Assembly: GCA_965209055.1 (NCBI GenBank)
Contig: OZ242374.1
Span: 3,040,001 to 3,104,000, forward strand
Source of the DNA: Acidobacteriota bacterium
Lineage (GTDB): Bacteria > Acidobacteriota > UBA6911 > RPQK01 > JAJDTT01
Direction: 5' to 3'
Length of the DNA stretch: 64,000 nt
Part shown: positions 60,501-64,000 of the stretch, in pieces
Position numbering within the stretch: position 1 is the first letter of the stretch
Layout of the letters: each line of letters begins with the position of its first letter
Translations under genes and position numbers: made by a program
Notes under the pieces: generated by a model
Told to the model about the DNA's origin: nothing
Database searches by the model: none
What the model saw: only the letters and a program-made list of their open reading frames with translations

Positions 60501-63500
60501 TGCCTGAATCGCCTCCTTCAGCATCCGGTTCGCCGCGCGCGCCACCGGGGCTTTCAGGTACAGGTCAGCCGGGGTCGGGTCTCCGCTGCTGAACAAGAGC
60601 GTCAGCGGGTCCAGTTGGCCCCGAAGCACGTCGGCGAGGGCGCCGGCCGAGCGCCGGAACAGCCCCACTTCAATCAAACCGTGAGGGAATCGTCCGGCCA
60701 TCGCCGTGTCATGTCCCTCGGGCTCCGGAGGCATTCCTTCCGGCCAAGGGTCACCCGATCCCACCAAGACGACGAATCTGTCGCCCTCTTCGGCCAATAC
60801 TCCCGATTTGGCCAACATTTCGAGCATTCGGCGGAAGAGTTTTTTATGCTCGCCGATGACGTTCAACTGCTTCCGCAAGTCGTCGGGGGCCACGACCGCT
60901 CCCACCGTGCGCCGCCAACCCAACTTGTCCAGCGTCAAAAGCGCATAGGATCGCGACCATCGCTCCAGATCCGTCAACAGGGCGTCCCGGTCGTCGGGGT
61001 CGACCCCCGCGTCCGTCAGGTAATCCGAGAACATCTGCGAGGCGCCCTTCACCGACGTCGGGCCCGGAAAGAAATCCGCAGACAGCAGTCCCGGTGGAAG
61101 GGCGCGTTCGCGCCACACAATCTCGTAGAGGAGATCCTTCACCCCTTCGACCGCCGAGAGAAGCGCCGCACGCGTCGCCCGCTTCACCGTGTACCCGCTC
61201 AGCCCACCAAGCAGAACGCCGTTGGGATCGTAGAGGCGCAATTCGCCGCTCAGTACTTCCGGCGGCTCGCCCGCTTCCGCATCCGCCTCGCGGGACGCCT
61301 CGCTCATGCGCACGTGGCAGAACACCCGATCCGGAAGCTTCCCGGTGGTCAGCCACAGCCGCTCCCAACCGAAGGGCAGATAGGTTACGGAACCGTGGGG
61401 TCCGGCCAGGTTGCGCGCCGCGCCTACGACCTGAAAACAACCGTCCAGCACCAGCGGGTGAACGTCCAGCCCGTTCCGGCCGAGGCCTTCAGGGAAGGAG
61501 ACCTCGCCCAACGCCTCGCCCGCCCGGGACCACAATCGGCGCAACGTCCTGAAGCAGGGGCCCAGATCGACGCCGGTACCCGCCCTGGCGCGGTAATAGG
61601 CGGCCACGTCCGACGGCAACAGCCTGGCCTTCAGGCCTTCCAGATCGATCCGCCGTGCGGTTTCGGGGGTGGATGCGCCGGGCGACGTGCGACCCTCCAC
61701 ATGGACCGTCCATTCCCCTTCGCTCCCTTTACTGTAGATCCGGACACCACGGGACGACGCCCCCTCGGCAGCACTGAGCACGACCTGCAACGTCCGGCCG
61801 GGTTCGCCCGTCCCGTTCTCCGAACCCTCCTCCGGGAGGACCAACGCGTTGTGAAGTTGCATCTCCTCCAAGATCACCGGACCTCTCCCCTCGGCGAGAG
61901 AGGCCGAAACCGCCATCGCTCCGTAGAGCGCACCCGGTGCCACAATCCGGCCGAACACGCGGTGATCGTCGAGCCACGCGGGATCCGAAGGGAATATTTC
62001 CGTTTCAAAGGTTGTCTCGCCGCGCGCGGATTCGTGCCGGATTCCCAGCAACGGGTGCCCTGTGGTCCTGGACTGCCGCTTCGGCGCCTCGAGCCAGTGG
62101 CGTGTGCGTTGGAATGGATAGCCCGGCAACGAAATCCGCCGCCGGGACTCGCCGGCGAACAGCCCCTCGAAACGAATCGGGAGTCCCGCCTCATACGCCT
62201 CCGCGACGGCATTCACGAAGCCGCCGCTTTCGGCGCCCGGTGCGTTCCCGGACGGCGGGCGCAAGCTTGACACGACCCCCGGCGCCGTCGTCCCGGCTGA
62301 CTCCGGCCAGGCGGAGAGCACCATTGGAGCCAAAATCGAGCGCGGGCCGATCTCGATCACCAGATCCGCGCCGAGACCCGCCAGCGTCCTGACGCCGCGG
62401 GCGAATGCCACCGGCTGCCTGGCGTGCCGTCTCCAGTAAGATCCGTCCAGCAACCGGGCAGTCTCCACTGCGCGGCCGGTCAGATTGCTGACCATGGACA
62501 GGATGGGAGGTTGAATCGCCACGCCGTCAAGGGTCGTTTCCAGTGCGTCGAGAATCGGCTCCACCAAGGCGCTGTGGAACGCCTTGGACGTGTTCAGGCG
62601 CCTGACCCGGACTCCCTCCGATTCAAGGCGCTCCGAGATGGCATCGATTGCCGTGACCGTACCGCTGACCACCTGATGGGTCCCGTTGTCTGCGGAGATA
62701 TTCAATTCGAGGGGGGAAGTCGTAGTCTGCAATGCTTCGACGGCTGCGGCCACTCGTGCCGGCGGTGCGAACACCGCTGCCATGGCGCCCTCTGCCATTT
62801 CCGACATCAATGCGCCCCGAGTGCAGGCGAACCGCATGCCGTCTTCCAGGCTGAAGACTCCCGCCGCCTGCGCCGCCGCCAATTCCCCGATACTGTGTCC
62901 TACCACCACCGCGGGACGGACACCCAAACTCCACCACAGCCCGGTGAGCGCGCATTCCAGGGCGTACAGGGCCGGCTGCTCCCAAGCCGTGTCACCCAGC
63001 GTTCCGTCATCTCCACACCGGCCGAACATCGTGTCCAGGAGAGAGGCCTCCCTCTCCTCCCGGAATACCGCCTCGCAGCGGTCCAGAATGGCCTGAACCA
63101 CCGGTTCGGTCTCGTAGAGCGTCCGTCCCATGCCGGCCCACTGGCTCCCCTGTCCGGTGTAGGCGAACGCCACCCTGGCCGCTGCTTTCGACACCGAGTC
63201 TCCGACGGACCCCGCCAGAACAGTGAGCTGTTCCCGCAAGTCACTGGCGTTGCGGAAGACGACTCCAGCTCGGCAATCGAAATGACTTCGCCCCACGCCC
63301 GCCGTCCATGCCATGTCCGAGAGCGTCGGTCCCGACGCGGCGCCTTCGGTGGACACGCCCGGCTGATCGTCGAGCCACGAAAGATACCGCTCCGCAAGTT
63401 CACCGAGCGCGGTATCGGACTTTCCCGAGAGAGGCAGGAAACGGGTGCGGCGGGGCGCGGCGCTCCCCGGTAACTGCAGACCCGGCATGTTCCCTGGAAG

Positions 63501-64000
63501 CGAAACCGCCACCGGCTGGGCTGAGCCGGCACTCGTATGGCCGTTGGCGGAAACCCCGTCCGGCGCCTCGTGCTCTTCCACCACGAGATGGGCGTTCGTC
63601 CCGGAGATTCCGAAGCAGTTCACCCCCGCGAGCCGCGGCTGTCCAGGACTTCGCGGCCAGTCCATCATCTCCGACGTCACCCTCAGCGGCAGACGATCCC
63701 AGTCGACGCTCGGGTTGGGATTGTGGAAATGCAGATGCTTCGGAATGACACCCCGGTTCACCACCAGTGCCGCCTTGATCAGTCCGGCGACTCCTGCAGC
63801 CGACTCCAGGTGACCGATGTTGGTTTTTACGGAACCCATCAGAAGTGGCTGGTCGGTGTTGCGTCCCCTGCAGTAGACATCGGCCACGGCGTCGATCTCG
63901 ATGGGGTCGCCCACCGCCGTCCCGGTCCCGTGCGCCTCCAGGTATTCCACATCCGATGCGGCGACCCCGGCCTGTGAGAGCGCCTCCTCCATGACCGTAA
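54555..64000 (-). CDS. supA: Type I PKS, SupA-like (KS-AT-DH-MT-ER-KR-ACP-KS-AT0), 5'-truncated by the window edge
   Basis: KS EAHGTGT and KTNIGHLE; AT GHSIG and AFHS; DH HRVFGRIVAP; MT EVGAGTG; ER HAGAGGVG; KR TGGLGGIG; ACP GMDSL; KS2 NCASS; AT2 GQGVG. Confidence 0.9.
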   Translation of the reverse strand, partial: TVMEEALSQAGVAASDVEYLEAHGTGTAVGDPIEIDAVADVYCRGRNTDQPLLMGSVKTNIGHLESAAGVAGLIKAALVVNRGVIPKHLHFHNPNPSVDWDRLPLRVTSEMMDWPRSPGQPRLAGVNCFGISGTNAHLVVEEHEAPDGVSANGHTSAGSAQPVAVSLPGNMPGLQLPGSAAPRRTRFLPLSGKSDTALGELAERYLSWLDDQPGVSTEGAASGPTLSDMAWTAGVGRSHFDCRAGVVFRNASDLREQLTVLAGSVGDSVSKAAARVAFAYTGQGSQWAGMGRTLYETEPVVQAILDRCEAVFREEREASLLDTMFGRCGDDGTLGDTAWEQPALYALECALTGLWWSLGVRPAVVVGHSIGELAAAQAAGVFSLEDGMRFACTRGALMSEMAEGAMAAVFAPPARVAAAVEALQTTTSPLELNISADNGTHQVVSGTVTAIDAISERLESEGVRVRRLNTSKAFHSALVEPILDALETTLDGVAIQPPILSMVSNLTGRAVETARLLDGSYWRRHARQPVAFARGVRTLAGLGADLVIEIGPRSILAPMVLSAWPESAGTTAPGVVSSLRPPSGNAPGAESGGFVNAVAEAYEAGLPIRFEGLFAGESRRRISLPGYPFQRTRHWLEAPKRQSRTTGHPLLGIRHESARGETTFETEIFPSDPAWLDDHRVFGRIVAPGALYGAMAVSASLAEGRGPVILEEMQLHNALVLPEEGSENGTGEPGRTLQVVLSAAEGASSRGVRIYSKGSEGEWTVHVEGRTSPGASTPETARRIDLEGLKARLLPSDVAAYYRARAGTGVDLGPCFRTLRRLWSRAGEALGEVSFPEGLGRNGLDVHPLVLDGCFQVVGAARNLAGPHGSVTYLPFGWERLWLTTGKLPDRVFCHVRMSEASREADAEAGEPPEVLSGELRLYDPNGVLLGGLSGYTVKRATRAALLSAVEGVKDLLYEIVWRERALPPGLLSADFFPGPTSVKGASQMFSDYLTDAGVDPDDRDALLTDLERWSRSYALLTLDKLGWRRTVGAVVAPDDLRKQLNVIGEHKKLFRRMLEMLAKSGVLAEEGDRFVVLVGSGDPWPEGMPPEPEGHDTAMAGRFPHGLIEVGLFRRSAGALADVLRGQLDPLTLLFSSGDPTPADLYLKAPVARAANRMLKEAIQALVAALPDGRRLRVIEVGAGTGSATASVLPELPEGRFDYMYTDISAGFFAEAEERFGDAGGCIEYRPLDIEKDPVDQGFDAHGYDVLLASNVLHATRHLEETLGHCRQLLAPSGQLIALENLSGLGWMDLTFGQLDGWWRFADDYRPHHALASPAVWRRALGDAGFEEVEVLGVDESDAARTPDKGVIVARGPAEATEPRGVWVLGADRGGAAAKLATDLAARNQTVLLVDSESSGNGWPGTPGPGVFETPLDMGRRESWSSLIDSLPRDVPFNGMVHLAALDGHGAEATPEEIAADVRHAGASALAMVQGAADSDLTPVKGMWFLTRGAQVLERELGGELAGAALWGFGKGVAREAAHLQPRMIDLDPGERAAEPDLVNELMYPDPENHIAYRWGRRQIARLVRAESEAERLALPQEPGWVLAPDTSGVFDQPYVQPLPEHSLEPREVRISVEAAGLNFWDVFRSLGFIEEGRLGREMCGCVLDVGSDVSTVSAGDHVVGLGFGAFAPEMVTHEELVAPAPAGFSVTGLATVPSAFVSAALSFELSGLKAGERVLIHAGAGGVGLAAIQWVQAAGAEVFATASARKQAYLRSLGVEHVFDSRQTAFGKEILEATGGSGVDVVLNSLTGEGFIDASLSCLRHGGRFVEMARRDILSEDEMAAVRPDVPYSILELDVLKKTDPAWVGRVLRGVMERLAAGELKPIVHSRWPLAEAGAALSFMRSARHLGKIVVTTPPLMGNRLRRDRTYLVTGGLGGIGCAVARWLAERGAGAIVLNGRRAPEADAEEAIRALRERGATVQVELADVTDGNAVDAMLARVDRELPPLGGVIHSVGVLSDGALTNQTWERFETVLWPKILGAWHLHRATVDRDLDMFVLYSSRVGVMGNPGQANHAAANAFLDQLAGHRRAMGLPGQAIAWGAWSEIGEAAEQRERIDRQRSALGGRWFTPQQGLRAFDRLVRQDVTHSVVMSMDWSVFEEAVEDRPPLLEDLLSTTADAGGDASGSTRNVLSRLRESPVVEREEVLVAFLQAEVQSVLRLPSEPAPTVGFFDLGMDSLMAVELRNRLNRAFAEEYTASNTIVFDYPDIATLARHLSEELAQVEGETVPEPQPGPEQRPAYQAEGDAIAIVGMACRFPGAPDHEAFWRQLEAGADAVTDRRPGSDNWSNLAGDLPPEYAAYCRGGFVEEIETFDARFFRVAPIEARMMDPRQRMLLETSWQALEDAGIDPASLRGSRTGVYAGIATSEYRDLMAKNDYGVSYLGNAASMTVGRVAFHLGLEGPTIPVELNCASSLVAVHHAVASLRQDEVDLALVGGVSAILSPEITRAMADMGMLSKAGRCNAFDASADGFVRGEGCGMVVLKRLERAQADGDRIWGVILGSAVNQNGASAGPTVPNGPAQERVIEEALSRSGVSPPDVDYLEAHGVGSALGDPIEVQAAAAVYGKGREADSPLLIGSVKGNIGHLETAAGVAGLIKVLLAMKQGVIPKQLHFNNPNPNVEWDRLPVKVTSEATDWPRHADRPPRAAISAFGVSGANSHIVVEGYGTTNGDDSNSGSPPAGSGRTVAVSLPEPLSDLPLPEQGEFRARGLRLLPLSGKSGGALRKLAGRYASWFDERTGELTSSAAEEAMLADMAWTAGLGRSHFDYRAAVVFHDAPSLRTGLKAIAEGNESPEPATAKKVAFVFTGEGSQWIGMGQALYDSEPVVRAVLNRCDEMLREQRGYSLLDVMFGRSDPGGDSDQASWAQPAVYALECALAALWSSVGIQPRVVFGQGVGELAAAQAAAVMSLEEGLRLATARIPLPATRPQGRAAAPGLENPDALLRGTTFAPPSCAVVSGATGRVMEPTEAADGEYWRRQTNEPARFGNCVRTLKRLGVDAILEIGPDAILGPKVVRSWSHPPGGESNRAPAVLRSMRRPSGKESANECDGCFVEAVAGVYEAGLAVSFAGLFAGEVRRRISLPVYPFQRRHYWFRAPRQSASTS

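Overview
This is a GC-rich bacterial chromosomal segment. It is most likely Acidobacteriota, inferred from the acidobacterial-type VWA protein, the Hfq paralogue and the carboxypeptidase-regulatory-domain barrel. It is probably a marine-sponge symbiont, inferred from the SupA-type PKS. Most of the window is housekeeping: rpsO-pnp-larB-dnaG-rpoD-tRNA-Ile2, ntrYX-xerC, rlmB, eno-gpmI, glycosyltransferases with rfbAB, smpB-pepA, tmk-holB-ricT, yggS, nrdJ and dnaJ. There are three accessory blocks. (i) At the left end: a PQQ dehydrogenase, a signal-peptide KatG and an atypical cytochrome c. (ii) An envelope module: OM barrel, PDZ-multiTM-GAF-PAS kinase, sigma54 regulator, ExbB-ExbD-ExbD and a TPR protein, with a clear sigma54 promoter and a candidate UAS. 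(iii) At the right end: a 5'-truncated sup-like PKS cluster (KS-AT-DH-MT-ER-KR-ACP-KS-AT0, a free ACP and an alpha/beta hydrolase). Its 354-nt ACP-hydrolase spacer folds into a candidate structured RNA. GGAG-footed REP palindromes occur in three intergenic clusters. No CRISPR array, transposase, prophage or rRNA was seen. All calls come from reading motifs by eye; no searches were run.
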